The notes: generated by a model not told the origin, from the sequence alone. A stretch of DNA of 64,000 nucleotides from Candidatus Hydrogenedentales bacterium (GCA_041859045.1 JBHELB010000012.1:32798-96797), one strand, 5' to 3'. Counted from the first letter of the stretch, positions 27,858-37,891 are shown. Numbers and translations: made by a program.

Positions 27858-29960
27858 CTACTCCGCGTGGTTAAGGAAGGTCAGGCCAAAGCGCAGGCCC
27901 ATCATGAACTCCGACCACAGCGCACGCGGCAGCTTCAGTAGATCGATCGCTCGGATCTTTCCTTCGCGCAGTCGTTGCAGCATGCCCGCTCGGAAGGCGT
28001 TTAACTGGCGACGGCGCGCGACCCAGTGAATGGCCATCGTTTCGAACCAAGTCAGAAGCCCTTGGTGCATATAGTCACGTGCAGCCACAACGTTGTCCCA
28101 AGTCGGACGCTGCACGTCGAGACTGCGAACATAAGCTTCGATTTCCGCGGCCTTCTCCCCCAGTCGTCTGCGCAAACGACGACGGCCGATCGCCGAGTTC
28201 TCGCCAAGACGCCGTAATTGGGCGGCCGCCGCGTCGAGCGTAGCGCGCAGTTCCTGCATAGCCACGTCGCACCGGCCCGCGAGACTGCTCTCCGTGACGC
28301 GCAACTGCATTTCGGTCCATGCCGCACGCAGTTCGGCGTAGGTGCGCCAGTGGGGGTCGTCGGCGCTGCGCGTGAGAAGCCAGATCTCCTGGAACTCAAA
28401 AAACAGCCTCGCGTATGTCTTTACGCCCCAAGCCAAATCCCGCGCGCGACGCCAGGCATAGCGCGGTACGGACTCCCGCGGATACTCGGGGCGACGCTCG
28501 CGGCGGTTCTTGAGACGAAAAACACCGGTCACCATCGGGTGCGTCTGCGCTACTGTCGAGTAGCGGTACCAGATGTAGGTGCAGAACATCTTCCAGTAGC
28601 GGTGACGAGGTGTGCGTAAGAGCGCGGTCACGATGCTCTCCGGGTTATACATCGCCTCGTACGCGCCCACAAAGGTCCGGCGCCATTCGCCCGGCGCGAA
28701 ACTCGGATGCCGAAACGTCTCGTGATTGCTGTCAAGGCTATTGAGGTCTGCGTCGATCGGCACGCGCTTTTTCACCATGCGCTTATGGTCGAGCGATCCC
28801 GGAAGCGGCGTCATCATGAAGAACGTCGCCATGTCCACCTTTAGGCTGTCCCGAAGCAAGGCGACATCCCGCTGGACGCTCACAGGCGTGTCGTGCGGCA
28901 ACCCGACAATGTAGGCGGCATGGACCAAGATATCGGCCCCGCGCCAAGTCTCCACCATCGCCTGGAAGTCACTCACCTGATTCTGCGACTTGCCGGTTGC
29001 CTGAACGTTGGCGGGGTTGACGGTTTCGAGCCCGATAAACACAAGGTAGCAGCCCGCCGCCGCGGCCTTCTCGACAAAACCGGGAATATGGTGCGCCTGA
29101 GTGTCAACCTGCATCATAAACCCAATTTCGAGACCGCGGGCGCGTAACGCGATCAACCCGTCGAGCAACGTCTCCCAAATAGGGCTCCGGGAGAAGTTGT
29201 CGTCCGTGAAAAAATAGAGCCGAACGCCGCGCGCGTAGTTCTCCTCGATACTCCGGAGGATGGACTGCGGACTGCGCGCGCGCATGGCGCGTCCCTGAAC
29301 GTTGATGATGGTGCAGAACGAGCAGCCGAATGGACAGCCCCGGCTGGTATCCACCGTTCCCATGTCCTTAAACACGAAATGACGCAAGTAGGCGTTATCG
29401 GGCTGCGGTACAGGGGCGTTCTCGAGCGACGGCGGGACATCGGCGCAATAAATGGGCTGCAGCGTCCCCGCCAGCGCGTCGGACAGGATGCTCTCGATAA
29501 AGCCAGGGGCCTCGGCTTCCCCCCGAATCAGGGTGACGCCATGATCGAGCAGGCGCTGCAATTCGGCTGTGGGCTCGTCGAACATCGCCAGCACGCCGCT
29601 GACGTGGAAGCCGCCGATCATCACACGAACCCCTTCGTCGCGCAGACGCAGCGCCAAATTCGCCGCACGGGGAAACTGATTGCTCTGGACGCCGACCAGC
29701 CCGACCAGGACTCCGCCGGGATTCCGGCGATGTGCGCGCACGATCCGGCTCATCGGCACCGTCTGAACCGTGTCATCGTAGGTTTCGACCGAAATCTCCA
29801 CATCGGAGAAGGCCTCCGAATGCGCGGCGTTCTCGGTCAACGTCTTGAGGACGCACAAGGAATTGGACGGCAACACCCCGCGCCAGTACCGCAGCACATA
29901 GCCGTCGTCGTCATATCGCGAGGGAAGGATGAAAAATACCTGGAGAGATTTATTTCGCAT
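27858..29960 (-). CDS. B12-binding-domain radical SAM protein (class B radical SAM; 700 aa with a long Arg/Trp-rich C-terminal extension)
   Basis: N-terminal B12-binding-like Rossmann region (VGVQSNQFPRAANLALRLRDEGVRVMIGGFH). Radical-SAM cluster motif CPFGCSFC. A roughly 250-aa C-terminal extension is beyond the core. Confidence 0.85.
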   Translation of the reverse strand: MRNKSLQVFFILPSRYDDDGYVLRYWRGVLPSNSLCVLKTLTENAAHSEAFSDVEISVETYDDTVQTVPMSRIVRAHRRNPGGVLVGLVGVQSNQFPRAANLALRLRDEGVRVMIGGFHVSGVLAMFDEPTAELQRLLDHGVTLIRGEAEAPGFIESILSDALAGTLQPIYCADVPPSLENAPVPQPDNAYLRHFVFKDMGTVDTSRGCPFGCSFCTIINVQGRAMRARSPQSILRSIEENYARGVRLYFFTDDNFSRSPIWETLLDGLIALRARGLEIGFMMQVDTQAHHIPGFVEKAAAAGCYLVFIGLETVNPANVQATGKSQNQVSDFQAMVETWRGADILVHAAYIVGLPHDTPVSVQRDVALLRDSLKVDMATFFMMTPLPGSLDHKRMVKKRVPIDADLNSLDSNHETFRHPSFAPGEWRRTFVGAYEAMYNPESIVTALLRTPRHRYWKMFCTYIWYRYSTVAQTHPMVTGVFRLKNRRERRPEYPRESVPRYAWRRARDLAWGVKTYARLFFEFQEIWLLTRSADDPHWRTYAELRAAWTEMQLRVTESSLAGRCDVAMQELRATLDAAAAQLRRLGENSAIGRRRLRRRLGEKAAEIEAYVRSLDVQRPTWDNVVAARDYMHQGLLTWFETMAIHWVARRRQLNAFRAGMLQRLREGKIRAIDLLKLPRALWSEFMMGLRFGLTFLNHAE

Positions 29961-30125
29961 AAGGCATGCTCCATCTTGTCTGATCGGTTGATCATAGCAC
30001 GTCCGGCGGAGGGGATCATATGGGAGTTTGTCGACTCGTCAGCGCGCCCCGTTGGGCGCCGCACACGGATTGACAGCTTTCGCATCCCGTGTTAGGGTAG
30101 CCGCCAGGCGCTTGCGAGAGGTGGC

Positions 30126-31250
30126 GTGGCCACGGTGGAGGGAGCGAGCCCGGTGGAAGACAGGCCCGATTCGCGCAGTTTGAGATGCGTACGGCCGTGC
30201 CCATTCGTCTCGCGCCACTGGGCGCGCGGCTTCACCTTCATCGAACTCCTGGCGGTGATCACGATCGCGAGCATCGTCGCAGCGATTCTGCTTCCGGTTT
30301 TGGCCCGAGCGCAACAGGCCGCCATGCGGTCGCACTGCCTCAACAACATGAGGGAACTCGGCATCATGTTTCATATGTTCGCCAACGAACATCAGGGGCA
30401 GTTCCCGCCCGGAGCCCCGAACGGGTATTGGGGGGAACCCCAGACGGCCCCCGATCCCGCGCGTTTTGTGCGCAACAACTACATTTTTGACCCCACCGCG
30501 CTTATGCCGGCCTACACGGACTCGCTCAAAGTGCTCTATTGCCGCGCGGCGGATCGCCCCGTGGCCGACCCCGAGATGACGTGGTATGGCGACGTGACCT
30601 TCACGCCGCCGTATCTGAATTCGCTAATGGCCCGTGACCAACGCAACGAGGAGCGCCTGAAAACGCTCGTGCGCAATGAACCCCGGCCTGACCCGGATTG
30701 CGTGACATGCCAAATGTACACCTACTTTCCCTACACTGTGGCGGACGAGGAACAGGCGCTCTTTTTGCGCGACGAACTCGACCGCCGCATGGCTGCGGGC
30801 GAAATCGACTTTATGCGCAAGGATTTGGCCGCGCCTGGGGGCCATGCGCCCGGAGGCGGCACGACGTTTTTTCGGATGCGCTTCGGAATCGAGAGAGTCT
30901 TCATCACGGATATCAACAACCCTGCCGCCGCCGCTGCGTCTGAGGCCTCCATTCCCGTGTTGCTGGACTCGTTTTCGTTGGGCACCTCCTACCACTTCAA
31001 CCATATCTACCCGCTTGGGGGCAATGTTCTCTTTATGGATGGGCACGTCGAGTTTCGACGTCTCGGCGATGCCCGCCGCAATTTCCCGTATACCGTCGAC
31101 CTTGTGGAATGGATGCGCCTGAACGTGTACACCAACGCCCCTCTGGCAGGGTTTGCCCCGTGGTGCAGCAACCGGCCGCCCGAAGTCCCCTTTGAGCCGC
31201 GGTACCGGTATTACCCCCACGACCCCATGTACAGCGGACTTTACTTTTGA
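30126..31250 (+). CDS. prepilin-type N-terminal cleavage/methylation domain protein with a DUF1559-like C-terminus
   Basis: GFTFIELLAVITIASIVAAILLP is a class III signal / pseudopilin helix. The C-terminal NVLFMDGHVEF resembles the DUF1559 signature, a family expanded in Planctomycetota. The start codon is uncertain. Confidence 0.7.
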   Translation: MATVEGASPVEDRPDSRSLRCVRPCPFVSRHWARGFTFIELLAVITIASIVAAILLPVLARAQQAAMRSHCLNNMRELGIMFHMFANEHQGQFPPGAPNGYWGEPQTAPDPARFVRNNYIFDPTALMPAYTDSLKVLYCRAADRPVADPEMTWYGDVTFTPPYLNSLMARDQRNEERLKTLVRNEPRPDPDCVTCQMYTYFPYTVADEEQALFLRDELDRRMAAGEIDFMRKDLAAPGGHAPGGGTTFFRMRFGIERVFITDINNPAAAAASEASIPVLLDSFSLGTSYHFNHIYPLGGNVLFMDGHVEFRRLGDARRNFPYTVDLVEWMRLNVYTNAPLAGFAPWCSNRPPEVPFEPRYRYYPHDPMYSGLYF

Positions 31251-31347
31251 CAGGGAAACTGCGCAGACTACTGTTGACGCCGTTTGGGGCGGGGTGTCCC
31301 TGCTCGCGAGTGGAAGCGGAAAACGAGCCGAAAGGGTAATCCAGACG

Positions 31348-33021
31348 ATGAATGGCATGATGTTCAGACGCGCGATAGCGGTTTTGGTGTTGCTGGCAGG
31401 TTTGAGCACCGAGGCGTTGGCCCTGGGCCCGGAAGCCCAGCGTCGGGTCACCATTACCGCGTTGCAATTGGCGCGCCGCAGTTTCCCGGAAGCGTTCCGG
31501 GCGGGCACGGTCGATTACGAGAAGGACCTGGTGCAGGGCGCGCTCTCGGGCCCGGCCCAGATCATGAAAGTCGAGGACATCGCCGGCTACCAGGGCGCGG
31601 CGAGCATCATCGCCAACGAGATCCAGTTGCTGCGCAAGGCGCGCACGTTCGGCACGGGCAGTTACTTCGCATACCGCATGGGTATACTCGCCGCGCTGAG
31701 TTCGGATAGTGTGTTTCCGTTCACCTTCGACTATTCGGAACAAACGGTGGCGCTGCGCAAGAAGCTCGAGGTCGACCTCGATGCTCACCTCCCCAAATTC
31801 GCCTTCTCGCCGGGAAATGAAGCGCCGCAGTTCGTGCGCGATCCCATCGATTACATCACGCATCAGCGGAAGCTATTCGCCGACGCACCTCGAATTCTGG
31901 AAGTTGACTACGCCGGAGGAAGCAACACCAGCACCTATGTCATCAACGCCGGCGACGACATGATCTCGCATGCCATCCTGACGGTCGCCAGCTTCTGGTA
32001 CACCGTCCTGCGCCCCGAAAAGGATTCGTCGGATACGCCGCCGTCACAGGAAGCGCTGACGTGGTACTTCGTGTCGGAAATCGACTACCTGTTGCAGGTC
32101 AAGCGGAATCCGTCGGAGGCGAACCGCGCCTACGCCAATTTCGCGAGCACGAACCCCGGCATTATGGCCGCGTACGAGAAGGTCGGCGATGCCTACTACG
32201 CATCGGGCGACGTGCCGCGCGGGGTGAAGGAATGGCAGCAAGCGCTGAATTTCCAGGGGGCCGCGCGCGCGCGGTTGGCAAAAAAACTGGCCGACCACTT
32301 CCTCGAGGAAGGCGACCGCTACCTTCGCCGCGCCGATCCGGTGACGCCGGAAACCAAGGAGCGTGATCTGGAAGACGCGCTCGACAATTTCCAGAACGCG
32401 CTCAGCTACGACCGCGCCAGTGAGGAAGCGGCCGGAATGATCAGCAAGACGCGCTCCGCCATCAAGGCGCGCGACGAGCGCCGCGAACTGGCCATCCGCA
32501 TGGTCGCTTCGGCGGAAAAAGTGCTGCGTGAGGCCGAGACCAGCGAGGTGTCCAAGGCCTACGCCGACGCGATTCAGAAGTACAACAACGCGACGATGCT
32601 GTATGGCAAGGTGAGCACGGAGTTCAAGGCCCAAGCGGAGGCCGCCAAGCAAGGCGCGCAGAGCTCGAAGAAGCGCGTGGCCAAGATCATCAATGACCTT
32701 ATCGATCAGGCCCAGGCCACGGTCGAGGAAGGCGATCGCATGGTCGAGCAGAATCAGTACGATCAGGCGATGGAAAAGTACAAGACTGTGCCGAGCATCT
32801 TGGGGCCGATTCCGGACGATCCGAGCACGACGTGGGGCAAGGATAAGAAGGAATGGGAGCAGAAGGCCCAGACGCAGCTCGACCAGGCACAGATCGAAAA
32901 AACGCGTTGGGAAGAAGAGCAGAAACGCCGTGCGGCGGCTCAGGCCAAGGCGGCTGCGGAAAAAGGCGGCGCTGCGCCCGCTCCAGCTCCGGCACCGGCG
33001 CCCGCGCCGGCTCCCCAATGA
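31348..33021 (+). CDS. secreted coiled-coil/TPR-like protein with a C-terminal (PA)n tail
   Basis: Signal peptide MNGMMFRRAIAVLVLLAGLSTEALA. The C-terminal half is Lys/Glu/Ala/Gln-rich and helical. It ends APAPAPAPAPAPAPQ. RBS AAGGG. Confidence 0.55.
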   Translation: MNGMMFRRAIAVLVLLAGLSTEALALGPEAQRRVTITALQLARRSFPEAFRAGTVDYEKDLVQGALSGPAQIMKVEDIAGYQGAASIIANEIQLLRKARTFGTGSYFAYRMGILAALSSDSVFPFTFDYSEQTVALRKKLEVDLDAHLPKFAFSPGNEAPQFVRDPIDYITHQRKLFADAPRILEVDYAGGSNTSTYVINAGDDMISHAILTVASFWYTVLRPEKDSSDTPPSQEALTWYFVSEIDYLLQVKRNPSEANRAYANFASTNPGIMAAYEKVGDAYYASGDVPRGVKEWQQALNFQGAARARLAKKLADHFLEEGDRYLRRADPVTPETKERDLEDALDNFQNALSYDRASEEAAGMISKTRSAIKARDERRELAIRMVASAEKVLREAETSEVSKAYADAIQKYNNATMLYGKVSTEFKAQAEAAKQGAQSSKKRVAKIINDLIDQAQATVEEGDRMVEQNQYDQAMEKYKTVPSILGPIPDDPSTTWGKDKKEWEQKAQTQLDQAQIEKTRWEEEQKRRAAAQAKAAAEKGGAAPAPAPAPAPAPAPQ

Positions 33022-34664
33022 GTATAGGCCCGATGCGTATCCCAGCTCTTGACTCGCGTGTCCGGCGGTTCGTACCGCCGGTGCGCGTTCTTTGGGCCAC
33101 CACCGGCGACGCCGCGCCACAACGGGCGGAATCCTTGCTTGGACTGACTGAAGCGGACTGCATTCTTGAGCACCGTGGTGGCGAAGCCCCGGGGCTTCTG
33201 CTCGATTTCGGACGGGAACTCCACGGCGGCATTCACATAATCAACGGTCCTGTGCCCTCTCACGCCCCGACGCGGGTCCGCATCCGCTTTGGCGAGTCCG
33301 CGAGCGAGGCGATGGGCGAACCCAACCAGGATCATGCCATCCACGATCAGGAATGCCTCGTGCCGTGGTATGGTCAGATGGAGTTTGGCAATACTGGATT
33401 TCGCTTCGTGCGTATCGATCTCGTGACGCCGGGCGAATGCCTGGAACTGAAGCGCTGTTGCGCGGTCGAGTTGATGCGCCCGCTGGAATACCAGGGGCGC
33501 TTCGTGTGCGACGACGAGCGACTGAATACCATCTGGCAAACCGGCGCGCGCACCGTGCACGCGTGCATGCAGGACCTCCTCTGGGACGGCATCAAGCGTG
33601 ACCGCCTGGTCTGGATCGGCGATATGCACCCCGAAGCGATGGTGATCAGCACGGTGTTCGGTGCGCACCCGATCGTGCCTGCAAGCCTCGATTTCGTGCG
33701 CGATCATACTCCGCTGCCCGGCTGGATGAACGCCAACAGTTCCTACTCCCTATGGTGGGTCCTCATTCAACACGTCTGGCACCTTTACCACGGCAACACG
33801 GAATACCTCGCGGCGCAACGCGATTACCTGCTTCCCTTGCTTGCGCAGTTGCGCTCGAGAATCGACGCTGACGGCAGCGAGCAACTCGACAACCATCGCC
33901 TCCTGGACTGGCCCACGAGTGAAGACCCGACAGCGCTCCACGTGGGATTGCAGGCGCTCCTTTCCATGGCGCTAGACGCCGGGGCCGAACTCTGTTCGTT
34001 GCTCGACGAACCCGAGGAGCAGACCGCATGTCTCATCGCCGCGCAACAACTGAGAACACACGTCCTCCCAGAGACAAAGCGGAAATCGCCCAACGCCCTT
34101 CTGGCGCTGGCGGGCCTGACCGATGCGCACGACGTGAACACGCGTATCCTTGCCCAGGAGCCGTTGCACGACATATCGACGTTTTACGGGTATTACGTGC
34201 TCGAGGCGCGGGCGCTCGCGGGAGATTACGCCGGGTGCCTTGATGTGATTCGGCGTTATTGGGGCGCCATGCTCGATTTCGGCGCAACGACGTTCTGGGA
34301 GGACTTCGATCTTTCCTGGACGGAAAACGCCGGGCGCATCGATGAACTGCCGGTTCCTGGAAAAGCGGACCTGCACCGTGACTTCGGCAACTACTGTTAC
34401 AAGGGACTGCGCCACAGTCTATGCCATGGCTGGGCCGCCGGTCCCACGGCCTGGCTCACGCGTCACGTGCTCGGCCTGCAGCCGCTCTCGCCTGGCTGCG
34501 CGTTGGTGCAAGTGCGCCCGAATCTTGGGGGACTCGAGTACGCCGAGGGCGCACTGCCCACGCCGCATGGCCTTGTTGAGGTGCGTCATCGCCGTTGCGC
34601 CGATGGCCGCATCGAGACGGAATGCACGGCGCCTCCCGGCGTGCGCACGACGCTCGATAGGTAA
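33018..34664 (+). CDS. (alpha/alpha)6-barrel glycoside hydrolase-like protein (GH78 alpha-L-rhamnosidase-like), cytoplasmic
   Basis: LWDGIKRDRLVWIGDMHPE resembles the GH78 catalytic-region block. CHGWAAGPTAWL matches the six-hairpin glycosidase pattern. ATGA overlap with the upstream gene. No signal peptide. Confidence 0.45.
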   Translation: MSIGPMRIPALDSRVRRFVPPVRVLWATTGDAAPQRAESLLGLTEADCILEHRGGEAPGLLLDFGRELHGGIHIINGPVPSHAPTRVRIRFGESASEAMGEPNQDHAIHDQECLVPWYGQMEFGNTGFRFVRIDLVTPGECLELKRCCAVELMRPLEYQGRFVCDDERLNTIWQTGARTVHACMQDLLWDGIKRDRLVWIGDMHPEAMVISTVFGAHPIVPASLDFVRDHTPLPGWMNANSSYSLWWVLIQHVWHLYHGNTEYLAAQRDYLLPLLAQLRSRIDADGSEQLDNHRLLDWPTSEDPTALHVGLQALLSMALDAGAELCSLLDEPEEQTACLIAAQQLRTHVLPETKRKSPNALLALAGLTDAHDVNTRILAQEPLHDISTFYGYYVLEARALAGDYAGCLDVIRRYWGAMLDFGATTFWEDFDLSWTENAGRIDELPVPGKADLHRDFGNYCYKGLRHSLCHGWAAGPTAWLTRHVLGLQPLSPGCALVQVRPNLGGLEYAEGALPTPHGLVEVRHRRCADGRIETECTAPPGVRTTLDR

Positions 34665-34688
34665 GAACGGCGCAGGAAAATCTGCCCG

Positions 34689-35792
34689 CTACACCGCGCT
34701 ATGCTCGAAGGCCTCTTCCCGTGCTCGCGCACGCTCAAAACCGCCGTCGCCGGTGATATCGAGCACGATCTTACCGAACTGAAGACCGGACTCCATCCGC
34801 GCCATGGCTTCGCGCACGCGCGCCAACGGCTCGACCGAATCGAGAATCGGGTGAAGATTGGCCGCGGCTACGGCATTGAGGAGTTGGCGAAAATCCTCGT
34901 TCGATCCCATCGTGGACCCAAGCACCGAGATTTGGTTCCAATACAACGCGGAAAGATTGACCTGCGCGGCGGCCCCGGTGGTGACGCCGCAATGCACAAT
35001 GCGTCCCCCGCGCCGGACCGCGTCAAAGTTGATCGGCCACGTCTCCGCGCCAACCGTATCGAACACAACGTCCACGCCGCGGCCGTGCGTCAATCGCCGC
35101 ACCGCGCCCGCCACGTCTTCTTCAAACCGATAGTTGATGGCATGCCGCGCCCCCAGCGCACGGGCGCGGTCAAGTTTTTCCTCCGAGGAGGACGTGACGA
35201 TGACCTCGACGCCGGCCAACTCGGCCAATTGCAGGCCCGCAAGGGCCACGCCGCCGCCGATACCGTGGATCAGAAGCGTTTCGCCGGGCAGGATACGCGC
35301 GCGGGAGTGCAGCATGCGCCACGCAGTAAGGTACGCAAGGGGCAACGCCGCCGCCTCGATGGGGCTCAGGTGCCCCGGCGCGAGATGCACGTTCGTCTCG
35401 GGCACAAGCACGCGTTCGGCGTAAGTTCCCGGACAGCCCATGCCCACGATGCTGAACGAAAGGCACTCGCTCTGCTGCCCGCGCAGGCAGTACTCGCACA
35501 CGCCGCAGGACAGCGCGGGATTGATGATCACTTCCTGGCCGGGCTTGACGGACTTCACCATCGGCCCGACTTCCGCCACCACGCCCATGCCGTCCGACCC
35601 AAGCACATGCGGCATGCTCAACTCGAGCCCCGGTCGCCCGCGGCGAATCCAAATATCGAGGTGATTCAACGCCGCCGCACGCAGGTCAATGACCACGCCA
35701 AAGTCACGCGCCCTCGGCGGGGCAATGTCTTCGACCTGGATCTGATCCAGCCCGCCGTGCTCACGGATAACCGCTGCCTTCATCGCCGTCAC
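34689..35792 (-). CDS. zinc-type alcohol dehydrogenase / quinone oxidoreductase (MDR superfamily)
   Basis: MKAAVIREHGGLDQIQVEDIAPP. Structural-Zn cysteine cluster CGVCEYC. Nucleotide-binding LIHGIGGGVALAGLQLA. Confidence 0.8.
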   Translation of the reverse strand: MTAMKAAVIREHGGLDQIQVEDIAPPRARDFGVVIDLRAAALNHLDIWIRRGRPGLELSMPHVLGSDGMGVVAEVGPMVKSVKPGQEVIINPALSCGVCEYCLRGQQSECLSFSIVGMGCPGTYAERVLVPETNVHLAPGHLSPIEAAALPLAYLTAWRMLHSRARILPGETLLIHGIGGGVALAGLQLAELAGVEVIVTSSSEEKLDRARALGARHAINYRFEEDVAGAVRRLTHGRGVDVVFDTVGAETWPINFDAVRRGGRIVHCGVTTGAAAQVNLSALYWNQISVLGSTMGSNEDFRQLLNAVAAANLHPILDSVEPLARVREAMARMESGLQFGKIVLDITGDGGFERARAREEAFEHSAV

Positions 35793-35804
35793 CTCGCTCC
35801 AGAC

Positions 35805-36062
35805 TTATTTCATCTGGTCCAGAGGAATAGACTCGTCAATCAGCATGATCGGAATGTCGTCGCGAACAGGATAGAGGTACTTCCCATCCTCCCGCACCAA
35901 CCCCGAGTCCATCGTCGCGTCGACCTTCTCGCCCGCGCGGTTCTTCAGCGTCCCCGCGCGCACGGCATCGTTCACCTTCGCGACCAAGCCCTCATCGGCC
36001 AACTTCACCGGCGTCTTGTTCTCGGGACACACCAAAATCTTCAGCAATTCCGCGTCAACCAT
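35805..36062 (-). CDS. Trm112-family small zinc-ribbon-like protein
   Basis: 85 aa. The LLKILVCPENKTPVKL...DGKYLYPVRDDIPIMLIDESI pattern is characteristic of Trm112/DUF343 proteins. Confidence 0.7.
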   Translation of the reverse strand: MVDAELLKILVCPENKTPVKLADEGLVAKVNDAVRAGTLKNRAGEKVDATMDSGLVREDGKYLYPVRDDIPIMLIDESIPLDQMK

Positions 36063-36127
36063 GGTCCTTCTCCTCGCTAAACGTTCAGAGGTCTATTGTA
36101 TCGCACGCCGTCCATCGCGCCAAGCTA

Positions 36128-37891
36128 TCAAGGCCCCGTCTTCCGTTCCTTGTCTCGATGCTGTACGTCCCCATGCGCGTCGATCTTCTCCTGCACGCCC
36201 GCCAACTCGGGATCGAGCCGCCGCGCGCGCCGCCACTCGGCCACGGCCTTCGTCGCGTCGCCATTGAGTAAATACGCATCGCCGAGATGATTGCGCAGCT
36301 CGGCATCGTCGGAATCCATGCTGATAATGGCCTTACGAATCAATTCGATGGCCTTTTTCGCGTTGCCGCGGCGGTAATACACCCAGCCCAGGCTGTCCAG
36401 GTAATAGCCATTGGCGGGATCCAGCTCGACCGCCTTATTCAGCAGGGCTTCGGCCTCGTCCAGGTTACGATTCTCGTCCGCGTAGAGGTAGCCCAGAAAA
36501 TTCATCGAATCGGGATCGTTCGGATCGGCGGCCAGCGCCGCCTTGCCGTGCGCCTCCGCCTCGGCCGAGCGCTTCTGCTCGCTGTAAAGGTTTGCCAGGT
36601 ACACGTGGAACCACTTGTCATTCGGCCACGTCTCGAGGGCCGCGCGTAGAACCTTCTCCGCCTCATCGTTTTCGTCGAGCGCCAGCAGCAGACGCGCGGC
36701 GAACACTTCCAGCACCCGCGAGCGCGGCGCTTCGGTGTGCAGCGCGCGCAGCTCATCCGTCAAGAAACGCCCCATGTCATTGCCGAAAACCCGAACGAGA
36801 TGCAGCAGGAAGCCACGAGTCTCCGCATCGACATCCGACTCGATGCCGTCGAGCGCTTGAACCGTCTCCGCGCACGGAACGCCGCTGCGCCGCTGCGCGA
36901 TAGCCTTCAACACATATCCCACCAGCGGAGCGGCCTTCGGCGGCGTGGCCTCCACGGCCTCGGCCTCGCGCCCCAACCGCAGCAAAAGGCAGGTGCGGTC
37001 AAGGTTGTGTTTTGGTGTGGCGCCGGGATCGGCGAGTATGCGGTCGATCTGCGCCAGCGCGCCCGCCCAATCGCCCTGCCGCGCCAATGCTCCCGCAAAG
37101 CTCTCCCGCGCTTCGATGTGCCCCGGCTCCGTTTCGAGAAACGTCCGCAAGTGCTTCTCCGCCGCCGGATAGTCGTCCAAATCCAAACACAACAACCCGA
37201 GAATGTGACGGGCGGCGACTTCCGACGGATCGAGTTCGAGCGCCCGTTCGAGTTCGGCGCGGGCGGCCTTCGCGTCGTTCATGCGCGCAAGGTTCAGCCC
37301 AAGACGCAGGTGAAGCGCGGCGACGTCCGGGTACTTTTTGAGAAGTTGCTCATAGATCTCAACCGCCGACACAAGGTCGTTCGCGTGCTCTTCGAGGAGC
37401 GCCAGTTCCTGGTACCCGAGCGGACTGCCCGAGGTGTCCATCTCGATCACGCTGCGGAATGCCGCCTCGGCCTCGTCGTAACGTCCGGCCTGGCGGCACA
37501 GCCAGCCGAGCATCATCACGATGGCGAGATCGTTCGGGCGCGCCGCCACGGCCCGCTGACACGCCGCCACCGCCTTGTCGTCGTTCTTGAGCAGCATGTA
37601 GCCCTGGGTGGTCGCCAGCGCGAGATCGAAATCGCTGGGGAGTAGGTCGGACGCGGCCTGCAGTTCGCGCGCGGCATCCTCGAACCGTCCCGAACGCTGG
37701 TATACGACCGCGGCCAAGTAGTGCGCGATCGCGTCCGCGCGCGGCGAAACCCCAGACGTCGGCGAAATAACGCGCGCGCCTTCGAATTCGCGCGGATGCC
37801 GGGTGGCGCAGCCCGTCAAAACCGCCACCAGAATCGTGACTATCGCTACGCCTTGTAGGCCAAAGGATTTGCTCAAGCGCTTTTGCATCAT
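36128..37891 (-). CDS. TPR-repeat lipoprotein
   Basis: Lipoprotein signal (LTGCAT lipobox) after MMQKRLSKSF. More than 10 TPR-like repeats follow (AxxxxGxxxxAxxxY spacing). Confidence 0.75.
   Translation of the reverse strand: MMQKRLSKSFGLQGVAIVTILVAVLTGCATRHPREFEGARVISPTSGVSPRADAIAHYLAAVVYQRSGRFEDAARELQAASDLLPSDFDLALATTQGYMLLKNDDKAVAACQRAVAARPNDLAIVMMLGWLCRQAGRYDEAEAAFRSVIEMDTSGSPLGYQELALLEEHANDLVSAVEIYEQLLKKYPDVAALHLRLGLNLARMNDAKAARAELERALELDPSEVAARHILGLLCLDLDDYPAAEKHLRTFLETEPGHIEARESFAGALARQGDWAGALAQIDRILADPGATPKHNLDRTCLLLRLGREAEAVEATPPKAAPLVGYVLKAIAQRRSGVPCAETVQALDGIESDVDAETRGFLLHLVRVFGNDMGRFLTDELRALHTEAPRSRVLEVFAARLLLALDENDEAEKVLRAALETWPNDKWFHVYLANLYSEQKRSAEAEAHGKAALAADPNDPDSMNFLGYLYADENRNLDEAEALLNKAVELDPANGYYLDSLGWVYYRRGNAKKAIELIRKAIISMDSDDAELRNHLGDAYLLNGDATKAVAEWRRARRLDPELAGVQEKIDAHGDVQHRDKERKTGP

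Noticed and set aside
32968-33008. Short (GCNCCN)7 tandem DNA repeat
   Set aside because: It is simply the codon-level reflection of the (PA)7 tail of a CDS. It is not a CRISPR, minisatellite or intergenic element, so it is noted under the coiled-coil protein finding instead.
34701-36080. 459-aa plus-strand ORF spanning the MDR dehydrogenase and trm112 on the opposite strand
   Set aside because: It spans two real minus-strand genes and their intergenic gap, which is implausible. Its translation is Arg-rich.
36737-37645. 302-aa plus-strand ORF opposite the TPR lipoprotein
   Set aside because: Antisense artefact.
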